Of a DNA stretch of 64,000 nucleotides, positions 19,438 to 27,156 are shown one piece after another. The DNA is from a virus (Duplodnaviria > Heunggongvirae > Uroviricota > Caudoviricetes): the IMG/VR virus record IMGVR_UViG_3300021060_000024, positions 11,577 through 75,576 of that record, one strand, 5' to 3'. The notes under the pieces are model-generated. The model was given only the letters and a program-made list of their open reading frames with translations. It searched no databases and had not been told where the DNA came from. The stretch's first letter is position 1. Each line of letters starts with the position of its first letter. The translations under genes were made by a program, and so were the position numbers.

Positions 19438-20195
19438 CGACGGAGGCAGCAGGCCCTACGCCCGCCGCCTCCTTCGACTCCACTACCTCGGCCGCGGACG
19501 ACTTCGTCGAGCGCATCCTGGCCAACACCGTCACCGGGGCTGAGCTGCGCGTGGCGCTGGTGACCGAGACCGAGAACTCCGGCGACTACCGCGTGAAGAC
19601 CTCGGCCACGGGCTCCTCCTTCTGGTGCGCCAGCCTGGACGCCAGCCTGCGGGTGGGCGACCGCGTGCTGATGCTCAAGCAGGAGAGCGCCTTCGTGGTC
19701 GTGGGCCGGCTGTCGGGGGGCGGCTCCACCGTGCCGATCGGGGTCGTGAACCCCTACGCGGGCGGGGTGGTCCCCAACGGCTGGCTGGTCTGCGACGGCT
19801 CGGCCGTCTCGCGCAGCGACTACGCCGCGCTGTTCGCCGTCATCGGCACGAGCTACGGCGGCGGCAACGGCTCGACCACCTTCAACATCCCCAACCTCGT
19901 GAACCGCTTCGCCCTCGGCGCGGGCTCGCGCCAGCGCGGCGCCACCGGCGGCGCCGAGAGCGTGACGCTGTCCCAGGCCCAGATGCCCAGCCACAACCAC
20001 TACCTGGACTCGGGCACCACCGGCACCGAGCCTGGCGGCACCGCCACGGTGCAGGCCGGCTCGGGAGCCACGGTCGCGGGCCTGGCCCGCCACAGCCACC
20101 AGGTCACGGCCAACACCGACTCCCGAGGCTCGGGCCAGGCCCACGAGAACATGCCCCCCTTCCAGGTGCTCCCCTACATCATCAAGGCGCGGTGA
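19434..20195 (+). CDS. tail fibre protein with phage tail-collar domain
   Basis: Collar signature NGWLVCDGSAVSRSDYAALFAVIGTSYGGGNGSTTFNIPNL...MPSHNHY. ATGA overlap with the upstream gene. Confidence 0.65.
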   Translation: MTTEAAGPTPAASFDSTTSAADDFVERILANTVTGAELRVALVTETENSGDYRVKTSATGSSFWCASLDASLRVGDRVLMLKQESAFVVVGRLSGGGSTVPIGVVNPYAGGVVPNGWLVCDGSAVSRSDYAALFAVIGTSYGGGNGSTTFNIPNLVNRFALGAGSRQRGATGGAESVTLSQAQMPSHNHYLDSGTTGTEPGGTATVQAGSGATVAGLARHSHQVTANTDSRGSGQAHENMPPFQVLPYIIKAR

Positions 20196-20683
20196 TCGCG
20201 GTGGCCCGACGTGCTCCCCGACGACTGGTGGTCGTCACCCGCAAGGACCCGATGCACTCCCTGCTGCTCAAGCGGATGCCCACCGAGGTGATCGAGTACC
20301 CGCTGGAGCTCGTGCTGAGCGTGTGGGCCTCGGTCTCGGGGCTGGCGCTGCTGGCGGGCGTCTCCGACCCGGTCTCGATCACCGAGACCCTGCCCGAGGG
20401 GCTGCAGGTCGCCTGGGGCGCCGCGCTGACGCTGTCCGGGGCCACCATCGGCATCGGCCTGGCGCTGCGCAAGTACGGCACCCTGGTGGCCCGGGGGCTG
20501 TCGCTGCTGGCGCCCGCGGCGCTGGTCTACGGGATCTCGATCTTCATCTGGGGCGGCATCGACCGCGCGGTGCCTGCGGGCCCGCTGCTGTTCTCCATCG
20601 CCATCCTGTGCTGGCTGCGCGCCTGGTGGCTCAACAAGCGCGAGGAGATCCTGCGCTACCTCGCGAAGGGCGGTGGGTCCTGA
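20192..20683 (+). CDS. membrane protein with 4 TM helices (holin-like)
   Basis: GTG in a GTGA overlap with the fibre gene stop. Four hydrophobic helices. Confidence 0.4.
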   Translation: MIAVARRAPRRLVVVTRKDPMHSLLLKRMPTEVIEYPLELVLSVWASVSGLALLAGVSDPVSITETLPEGLQVAWGAALTLSGATIGIGLALRKYGTLVARGLSLLAPAALVYGISIFIWGGIDRAVPAGPLLFSIAILCWLRAWWLNKREEILRYLAKGGGS

Positions 20684-21213
20684 TGCCGCCGAACGTGCTG
20701 AGCAACCCCTGGCTGTGGCTGCTGGGTCTGCTGATCACTTCGGGCTTCCTGCAGTACCTGGTGGGCGCTGCGCGCGACTTCCTCAAGAAGCGCGCCGAGG
20801 CGCCCAAGCCGGCCAGCCAGGAGGAGAAGTTCGTGGACCAGTCCCTGCTGGTGATGAGCAAGTCCAACGCCCAGCTTGAGGACGACAACGAGCGCCTGCG
20901 CCAGGCCAACCGCGAGCTCAGCGACATGCTCTCCACCGAGCGCACCGAGCGCCAGGCCGAGCGCCAGCAGCACCTGCGCGAGATCCAGGCGCTGGAGACC
21001 AAGCTGCGCGAGATGTCCAGCGAGATCGCCAACCTGCTGCGTCAGGTGGGCGACCTGCGCCAGCGCCACAACACCGACCCCCAGGGGCTGCGCGCCGTGG
21101 GTGGCGGGTTCAGCCGCACGCCCCCGGTCACCAACGACCCCTACCACCCCATGGACCACAGTCAGGGCCCCGGCGACCGGGCCGAGAAGACCACCGAGAT
21201 CCGAGAGGACTGA
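20683..21213 (+). CDS. N-terminal TM + coiled-coil protein
   Basis: ATGA overlap. TM segment NPWLWLLGLLITSGFLQYLVGAA then a heptad-rich region (LRQANRELSDML...LETKLREMSSEIANLL). Confidence 0.45.
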   Translation: MPPNVLSNPWLWLLGLLITSGFLQYLVGAARDFLKKRAEAPKPASQEEKFVDQSLLVMSKSNAQLEDDNERLRQANRELSDMLSTERTERQAERQQHLREIQALETKLREMSSEIANLLRQVGDLRQRHNTDPQGLRAVGGGFSRTPPVTNDPYHPMDHSQGPGDRAEKTTEIRED

Positions 21214-21215
21214 CC

Positions 21216-21392
21216 GTGAGCGAGCTCGACGCCACCTACACCCACCCCACCGGCGAGCACATCGACTGGAGCGCCTGGCCCGAGCCTGACGCCGCCGACG
21301 GTGACGGCTCGGAGTTCGGCGAGCGCCTGGGCGATGGCCCCGGCGCGGTGACCGACACCACCGTGGCCGCCACCCAGCGTCTGGAGTCCTGA
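21216..21392 (+). CDS. small acidic protein (58 aa)
   Basis: GTG start. Its stop overlaps the LysA ATG. Confidence 0.3.
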   Translation: MSELDATYTHPTGEHIDWSAWPEPDAADGDGSEFGERLGDGPGAVTDTTVAATQRLES

Positions 21393-22414
21393 TGGCCCTG
21401 AACCTCGATCAGGTCGTGCAGCGCGCGATCCCCTCCCCGAACTACTCCAGCCGCGGCGGCAAGGACGTGCGCCTGCTGCTGCTGCACACCGCCGAGGGCA
21501 GCCGGACCAACGCCTCCCTGGGCTCCTGGTTCGGGCGCAAGTCCACCAAGGCCTCCAGCCACGTCGGGATCGACGCCGACAGCGTGGTGCGCTTCGTGCC
21601 CGAGGCCTACTCGGCCTGGACCGCGCGCTCGGCCAACCCCGTGGCCTCCCAGGCCGAGCTCTGCGCCTGGGCCAAGTGGAAGGGCGCCGAGTGGGGCGCC
21701 CAGGACTCGATGCTGGAGAACGCCGCCCGCTGGCTGGCGGCCGCGGCGCGCTACCACGACATCCCCCTGGTGCGCCTGCGCGACGCCCAAACCAAGTCCG
21801 GGCGCGGCGTGGCCATGCACGTCGACATCACGCGCGGCTGGCGCGAGGGCTCCCACGCCGACTGCGGCCAGTGGTTCGCCGACCACCTCATGGACTCCGT
21901 GATCGAGCGCGCTCGGGTACTGGCTGGCGGCGCGGGCAGCCCCGTGGTCGTGCCCGCGGTGCCGGTCCCGATGCCCGCAGGCCGCGGCCCCTACGGGCTG
22001 CCGGTGCTGCGCTGCGACGGGGCCGAGTCCGGCTGGGCCTGGCTGATGCAGGAGGCGCTCATCCGCGCCGGGCACGCGCTCAGCCGCGACGGCAGGCCCG
22101 GAGCCCAGACCGACCGCGAGCTGCGCAAGTACCAGGCTGCGCGCGGGCTGGCCGTGGACGCGGTCTGCGGCGGCTGGACGTGGGCCTCCTTCATCAAGGA
22201 CGCGGGCGACCCGCTGCGCCAGGGCATGGCCAAGGGCCACCCCGGCGTCGAGGTGCTGCAGAACTTCCTCGGCATGCGCGGCGCCGACCTGGACCGCGAC
22301 TTCGGCGGCGGCACCGCGGCGCGCCTGCGGGCGGTGCAGTCCTGGGGCGACCTGAGCCCCGACGCGGTGGTCGGCTCCGACACCCGCACCCTGCTCGCGA
22401 CGCGGGCCTACTGA
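21392..22414 (+). CDS. endolysin: N-acetylmuramoyl-L-alanine amidase + two PG_binding_1 domains
   Basis: Amidase_2 motifs VRLLLLHTAEGS and SHADCGQW. Two peptidoglycan-binding repeats (DRELRKYQAARGLAVDAVCGGWTW and GVEVLQNFLGMRGADLDRDFGGGTAARLRAVQ). Confidence 0.8.
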   Translation: MALNLDQVVQRAIPSPNYSSRGGKDVRLLLLHTAEGSRTNASLGSWFGRKSTKASSHVGIDADSVVRFVPEAYSAWTARSANPVASQAELCAWAKWKGAEWGAQDSMLENAARWLAAAARYHDIPLVRLRDAQTKSGRGVAMHVDITRGWREGSHADCGQWFADHLMDSVIERARVLAGGAGSPVVVPAVPVPMPAGRGPYGLPVLRCDGAESGWAWLMQEALIRAGHALSRDGRPGAQTDRELRKYQAARGLAVDAVCGGWTWASFIKDAGDPLRQGMAKGHPGVEVLQNFLGMRGADLDRDFGGGTAARLRAVQSWGDLSPDAVVGSDTRTLLATRAY

Positions 22415-22424
22415 AAGGACGACC

Positions 22425-22670
22425 ATGAGCACCGACGACCCCAAGACCATCCCGACCCCGGTCAGCCCCAAGGTCTACTCCAGCACCGGCGCGGGTGCGG
22501 CGCTGCTGGCCCTGGGCTTCATCCTGCGCTACTACGGCCTGGACGTGCCCGACGCCGTCATCGGGGCCGTGGCCGTGATCGGCACGTTCGCCGCGGGCTA
22601 CATCACCCCCGACCGCCTGCGCGAGATCGGGGCCGTCTTCCAGCGCGGCCGCGGCGAGCACCGCGCGTGA
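22425..22670 (+). CDS. holin (2 TM, 81 aa)
   Basis: Helices GAGAALLALGFILRYYG and AVIGAVAVIGTFAAGYI. Lies immediately after the endolysin. Confidence 0.6.
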   Translation: MSTDDPKTIPTPVSPKVYSSTGAGAALLALGFILRYYGLDVPDAVIGAVAVIGTFAAGYITPDRLREIGAVFQRGRGEHRA

Positions 22671-22975
22671 TCACCCTGCTGGGTCAGCCTGCCGAGTGGA
22701 TGGATCGCGCAGCCTGCGCGGACCTGCGCACGAACATGTTCCCCTCGGTGCGCGACCCGGCAGGGCAGGCCGCGGCCAAGGCCGTCTGCAGGGGCTGCCC
22801 GGTGGAGGCCGAGTGTCGTGAGCTCGGCCTGGGCCAGGACAAGCAGGGCCGCGCCGAGGAGCGCTGGGGGGTCTGGGGCGGCCAGAACGGACCCCAGCGC
22901 GGGCGCACCGCGGCACGCCGCGCGAAGCACCCCACGAGGCGTTCCAAGATCATGCCCCCCACCCCCGAGGCATAA
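22667..22975 (+). CDS. WhiB-family [4Fe-4S] transcription factor
   Basis: Four Cys in AACADL...AVCRGCPVEAECRELGL, plus GVWGG and a basic tail. GTGA overlap with the holin. Confidence 0.7.
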   Translation: MITLLGQPAEWMDRAACADLRTNMFPSVRDPAGQAAAKAVCRGCPVEAECRELGLGQDKQGRAEERWGVWGGQNGPQRGRTAARRAKHPTRRSKIMPPTPEA

Positions 22976-22976
22976 C

Positions 22977-23070
22977 CGCAGGTCAGAGCGTTCTGGGGGG
23001 CACGGGGGCAGGGGCGTACACCCTCTGTCGCGCGCGTATGCAGGGGAAAGGGTGTAAACCCGTGCCCCCT
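22977..23070. repeat. structured ~94-bp element R1 (second copy at 46658..46752)
   Basis: 82-bp core is identical to 46658-46739 except for one C/T. Nested hairpins GGGGGCACGGG / CCCGTGCCCCC and GTACACCCT / AGGGTGTAA. Confidence 0.55.
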
Positions 23071-23140
23071 CGCCCCCTCAACCACTGCTTGAGGGTTGCG
23101 AGTCCACCACCCCGACGGCCTCCAGATCTACGCTCTGGCC

Positions 23141-24505
23141 ATGGGCCGACACGCCACCACCCCTCGTCCGCGAGGTCGTCTGCGCTCGCGTCACTGGGGC
23201 GTCCTGATCGGCACCCTGGCCGTGGTCGGCCTGGGTGCCACCGCAGGCCTGGCTGCCACCGGCGGCCTGCCCGGGGTGCGCTCGACGTCGGAGACTCCGG
23301 CCGCGGGCGGCAAGTACGTCACCACCGTCGAGGACGGCAAGCTCACCCGGCTGGAGTTCGTCCCGGACGGGTCCACCGCGGCCCCCAGCGCCACGCTGAG
23401 CCCCTCGGCCACGGCCACCGGCACTCCGAGTGCTTCGGCCTCCGCAAGCGCCTCAGCGTCCAGCGCAGCCCCCTCGGCGACCACCGCCGCCTCGGCGGCC
23501 CCGACCGGCAAGCCCCCGGCGGCCACGTCTGCGGCCCCCAGCGCCACGCAGAGCCCCTCGCGCAGCGCCAGCAGCACTCCGGCACCCCCGGCCACCTCCA
23601 GCCCCGCAGCGACGACCACAGCCCCTCCCGCCGTGGGCGCGGGCGACTGGCTCTCGGGCGTGGCCGGGACCGGCGACACCGACGGGCGCTTCGGCACCTG
23701 GCGCGGCACGCCGGTGGAGATCGTGGGCACCTGGGCCGACGCCGACGAGGCCAACCAGCGCCGCATCTACACCGTCACCGGCGGCTCGGGGCGCTTCGCC
23801 GGCCCGATCGACGTCGGGGTCGGCGCCCTGGTGCGCGGGGAGACCTGGGCCGCCGCGGCGCGCGGGGCCAACGACGCCCGCTGGCGGGAGTCCCTGACGG
23901 TGATGCGCGACGCGCGCGCGGGCAAGGGCACCACCTACATCCGCTTCGCCCACGAGATGAACGGCAACTGGTACCCCTGGGCCGTCAACGCCTCCAACCG
24001 GGCCGACTTCATCACCGCCTGGAAGCGCTACCGCGCGCTGCAGCGGGAGATCTTCCCCCAGGCCAAGCTCGTGTTCAGCGTCAACCGCGAGTCCGTGGGC
24101 TCGGGCATCGACTGGCGCACCACGTTCCCCGGGCCCGGCCAGGTCGACGTCATGAGCGTGGACTACTACAACTTCGCCGGGGTTTCCACGGCCGCGGAGT
24201 GGCGCAGCGAGATCGAGCGCACCGACCGCTTCGGGGCCCCGATCGGCCTGGAGCAGCACCGGCGCTTCGCGGCCTCGGTGGGCCTGCCGCTGGCGATCTC
24301 GGAGTGGTCCGGGCGCGCCTCCGAGGGCGATGACCCGGAGTTCATGACCCAGATGAACGCCTTCTTGCGCACCAACGGCGGCTCGGGGCCGGGCCAGATG
24401 CTCTACGAGATCGTCTTCAACATCGGCGGCTACGAGGGCAACTACCAGCTCTTCCCCACCACCAGCCAGCCCGCGGCCGCGGCACGCTACCGCGATGTCT
24501 TCTGA
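23141..24505 (+). CDS. membrane-anchored/secreted GH26-like glycoside hydrolase with Ser/Thr/Ala/Pro linker
   Basis: Signal anchor (VLIGTLAVVGLGATAGLAATG), low-complexity linker, YIRFAHEMNGNWYPW (GH26 acid motif) and LPLAISEWSG (nucleophile-like motif). Confidence 0.55.
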   Translation: MGRHATTPRPRGRLRSRHWGVLIGTLAVVGLGATAGLAATGGLPGVRSTSETPAAGGKYVTTVEDGKLTRLEFVPDGSTAAPSATLSPSATATGTPSASASASASASSAAPSATTAASAAPTGKPPAATSAAPSATQSPSRSASSTPAPPATSSPAATTTAPPAVGAGDWLSGVAGTGDTDGRFGTWRGTPVEIVGTWADADEANQRRIYTVTGGSGRFAGPIDVGVGALVRGETWAAAARGANDARWRESLTVMRDARAGKGTTYIRFAHEMNGNWYPWAVNASNRADFITAWKRYRALQREIFPQAKLVFSVNRESVGSGIDWRTTFPGPGQVDVMSVDYYNFAGVSTAAEWRSEIERTDRFGAPIGLEQHRRFAASVGLPLAISEWSGRASEGDDPEFMTQMNAFLRTNGGSGPGQMLYEIVFNIGGYEGNYQLFPTTSQPAAAARYRDVF

Positions 24506-24680
24506 GTCCTGCCCCACGCCGTTCAAGGCGGTCTACCCGACCAAGTTCGCCGCGCGGCGCGCGATCCAGAGCGCGCGCCACCGCGGCCCGGCCGCGGGCC
24601 AGGCGGGCAAGGTCGCGCCGTATGAGTGCGAGTGCGGGCACTGGCACGTCGGGCACCGCAAGGAGCGCCCGCGGCGGTAG
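24495..24680 (+). CDS. small zinc-ribbon-like protein (61 aa)
   Basis: YECECGHWHVGH motif. Overlaps the 3' end of the GH26 gene. Confidence 0.3.
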   Translation: MSSESCPTPFKAVYPTKFAARRAIQSARHRGPAAGQAGKVAPYECECGHWHVGHRKERPRR

Positions 24681-24830
24681 CCTGGCCGGATGGCTATCAC
24701 CACCTCCGTCCCCCTGCAGGTCCAGGCTGGCGAGGACGCGGACTGGCTCGACGTCGCCGCGGCCTGCAAGCTCGACGCCGACGGCAACGTCGACCCCGAG
24801 TGCGAGTCCTGCCAGTAGCGGTCGCTCTGG

Positions 24831-25016
24831 TCAGACCTCGTCGTGGGTCAGCACCTCGCCCCAGGGCTTCGTGATGACCTCGTTCTCCGCTGTGCGGAGA
24901 CGCGCCTTCTTCCGGTCGCCGCCGATGACCAGGGCCGTTCGCCTCTCGGTGCGGCTGCGGTAGTCGGGCCACCAGTAGTCGACGCGCTCGCCTCGCTGTC
25001 GCTCCACGTCTGCCAC
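24831..25016 (-). CDS. hypothetical protein (61 aa)
   Basis: Track ORF. First gene at the distal end of the leftward operon. Confidence 0.3.
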   Translation of the reverse strand: MADVERQRGERVDYWWPDYRSRTERRTALVIGGDRKKARLRTAENEVITKPWGEVLTHDEV

Positions 25017-25026
25017 TACTCCTCGC

Positions 25027-25224
25027 TCATGTCAGGCCGTCCATCAGCACGGCCGCGGTCACACACAGCACTGCGCCGATGAAGACGCCCACTGCGCCCC
25101 AGTGACGCTGGTCGGCACCGCCCGCGATCGTGGCGATGCCGACCAGCTCGATGAACGCGCCGAGGATGAACAGGCACACCAGGGCTGCGTTCACGGGGGT
25201 CTCCAGTCGATGTCTACCTGCCAT
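25027..25224 (-). CDS. small membrane protein (2 TM)
   Basis: Internal ATG of track ORF 25027..25356. Helices LVCLFILGAFIELVGIATIAG and GAVGVFIGAVLCVTAAVL. Confidence 0.35.
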   Translation of the reverse strand: MAGRHRLETPVNAALVCLFILGAFIELVGIATIAGGADQRHWGAVGVFIGAVLCVTAAVLMDGLT

Positions 25225-25399
25225 GGCGGCGCAGGCGGCGTCCCAGATCCTCCACCCAGTCCAGGTCGCGGGGGAAGCCCAGCTCGTCGGTGACGTCCTC
25301 GGCGCGCTCGACCTGGGTGACCATGTCCACCTCGCGGTAGTCGGGCCACTCCCCACGGTCCTCGCGCCCCGCGCGCAGCGTGAGCTGCAGCACGAACAT
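25214..25399 (-). CDS. hypothetical protein (61 aa)
   Basis: MFVLQ... start overlaps the upstream stop (TGATG coupling). Confidence 0.3.
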   Translation of the reverse strand: MFVLQLTLRAGREDRGEWPDYREVDMVTQVERAEDVTDELGFPRDLDWVEDLGRRLRRHGR

Positions 25400-25674
25400 C
25401 AGCGCGGCTCGACCGAGCACGAGGCGATCAGGACCGCCTCGACCTCGGGCATGAGCTCGGGCATCTTCCCGGCGGGGAACATGCCCTCGTACTGGGCACG
25501 GGTGGCGAAGACCTTGGTCAGCTTCGTCACGCGCCGGTAGGAGCCGATCCGCAGCCCCTCGGTGATCCGCTTCATAGCCGTGGGCAGCGCGGCCTGCTCG
25601 AAGGGGGTGCGGTCCTCGGCCTCGATGGCCGCGATCGGCACCGGCACGGCGACGGCCATGATCAGACTGCTCAC
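25399..25674 (-). CDS. hypothetical protein (91 aa)
   Basis: Track ORF with a coupled neighbour. Confidence 0.4.
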   Translation of the reverse strand: MSSLIMAVAVPVPIAAIEAEDRTPFEQAALPTAMKRITEGLRIGSYRRVTKLTKVFATRAQYEGMFPAGKMPELMPEVEAVLIASCSVEPR

Positions 25675-26030
25675 AGGATCTCCTCGTCAGTGACGCTGAT
25701 GACCTCACCGAGCACGGCGGGGCCCTGGTCGCGCGCCTGAGCAGGCTCGCGGTGGATCGGATAGATGATGAACCCCTCATCCTCGCCGTCGTCCATGACG
25801 TGGCGGTAACCGAAGGCGCCACCCTCGCGCGCCATCTGGCGCTCACGCTCGGTCTGCTCGATCTTGTCGCTCAGCCAGGAGCGCTTGGCCGCCGCCGCCA
25901 GCATGTCCATCAAGATCTCCCGGCTCTCGAAGAGCTCGTAGTCCCTCACCGTGGACCCTGGCGGTCGTTGAGCCGCTTCTCGATCAGGTCGGCCCAGACG
26001 TAGACGGCCAGGGCCGTGATCGAGATCCAC
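25671..26030 (-). CDS. hypothetical protein (up to 119 aa; true start may be internal)
   Basis: The C-terminal part (MDMLAAAAKRSWLSDKIEQTERERQ...) looks genuine. The N-terminal part is Arg-rich shadow frame. Confidence 0.35.
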   Translation of the reverse strand: MDLDHGPGRLRLGRPDREAAQRPPGSTVRDYELFESREILMDMLAAAAKRSWLSDKIEQTERERQMAREGGAFGYRHVMDDGEDEGFIIYPIHREPAQARDQGPAVLGEVISVTDEEIL

Positions 26031-26051
26031 TGCGCCACCTCGTTCATGACC

Positions 26052-26537
26052 TCAGCCCCCCAGGTGCAGCACGTTGAGCATCGGCGCGACCTGGCCGCCG
26101 TGGGTGGCCTCGACGCTGGAGTTGAACCAGAAGGCTGCCGCCAGCCCCGAGCCCTTGAGCAGGCGCTGGCACCCCGGACAGGGCGCGTCGGTGATGGCCA
26201 TCCACCCGCCGCGGCGCCGGACGGGGTCGGAGTACATGATCGCGTTCTCCTCGGCATGGATGGCCACGCAGGGGTGGGCCACGCCGGGGCCGGTGTAGGC
26301 GCTGTCGGGCGCGAGGTCGGCGTGGGTCATCGACCCCCGCGGGCAGCCGGCCGCGGTCAGGCAGCCCGGCGCCTCGGGGGGTGCGCCGTTGTAGCCCACC
26401 GAGAGCACCCGGCGGTCCGCGTCCAGCACGACGGCGCCGACCCTGCGGCGGGTGCAGTCCGCGCGCATCGCCACGGCCGTGGCGATGCCGATGGCCCACT
26501 GCTCCCAGGAGGGCCGACTCGGCGTCTGGACGATCAT
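26052..26537 (-). CDS. dCMP/cytidine deaminase-family zinc enzyme
   Basis: HAEENAI plus PCPGCQRL zinc-binding motifs. Start MIVQTPS at codon 48 of the track ORF. Confidence 0.7.
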   Translation of the reverse strand: MIVQTPSRPSWEQWAIGIATAVAMRADCTRRRVGAVVLDADRRVLSVGYNGAPPEAPGCLTAAGCPRGSMTHADLAPDSAYTGPGVAHPCVAIHAEENAIMYSDPVRRRGGWMAITDAPCPGCQRLLKGSGLAAAFWFNSSVEATHGGQVAPMLNVLHLGG

Positions 26538-26719
26538 GCGCCCGTCACCGTCAGGTAGCCGACGAAGCTGGCGACGGCCACGCCGACGACGGCGAGCGCG
26601 AGCAGCTCCCAGCCACCCAGGCGACGCCAGGCCAGGACGGCCTGCGCCGCAACCAGCAGGAAGCAGACCACCAGGCACCAGCCCCAGACGATGGCCAGTG
26701 CGCCACCTGTCGCGATCAC
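26534..26719 (-). CDS. small membrane protein (2 TM, 61 aa)
   Basis: GTG start in a GTGA overlap with the JAB stop. Its stop is in an ATGA overlap with the deaminase start. Confidence 0.35.
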   Translation of the reverse strand: MIATGGALAIVWGWCLVVCFLLVAAQAVLAWRRLGGWELLALAVVGVAVASFVGYLTVTGA

Positions 26720-27156
26720 GAGGGGCTCCCGAAGCCCATGGGCACCTCGGCCGCGCGCTCGCCGGGCTCGACCCACCAGGCGCGGTGGCGCTGGGACTCG
26801 TACTTGAGCGTGGCGCCCGAGGAGATCAGCATCAGCGGCACCTCGTCGTTGGCGTGGTCGGTCTCGCTCGGGATGGCCGCGCCGCTGGGGTGGGAGTGCC
26901 ACCAGGCCTGGATGTCGCGCCCGGCCGCGCGCTGGCGCTCCAGCACCGGCTGGAGCTGCTCGATGGTCACCTCGCAGCGCTTGTGAGCCTCGTGCGCCGC
27001 GGCCTCGTTGAACAGCGGCTCGATGATCCAGTGCTGGGGGTCCTCGTCGGGGGCGCCGAACAGGATGGCCACCCCCTCCTCCTCGTCAGCCTCCACCAGC
27101 AGCGCGTTCAGCAGCCTCAGGTGGGTCTTGGTCAGCGTCAGGCCCTCGATCACCAC
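26716..27156 (-). CDS. JAB/MPN (JAMM) metalloprotease domain protein
   Basis: JAMM motif HSHPSGAAIPSETD with an upstream Glu (ADEEEG). Confidence 0.6.
   Translation of the reverse strand: MVIEGLTLTKTHLRLLNALLVEADEEEGVAILFGAPDEDPQHWIIEPLFNEAAAHEAHKRCEVTIEQLQPVLERQRAAGRDIQAWWHSHPSGAAIPSETDHANDEVPLMLISSGATLKYESQRHRAWWVEPGERAAEVPMGFGSPS

Noticed and set aside
22977-23070. R1/R2 as tRNA genes or attL/attR of an integrated prophage
   Set aside because: No cloverleaf, anticodon arm or CCA context. No integrase. Phage genes continue on both sides of both copies.
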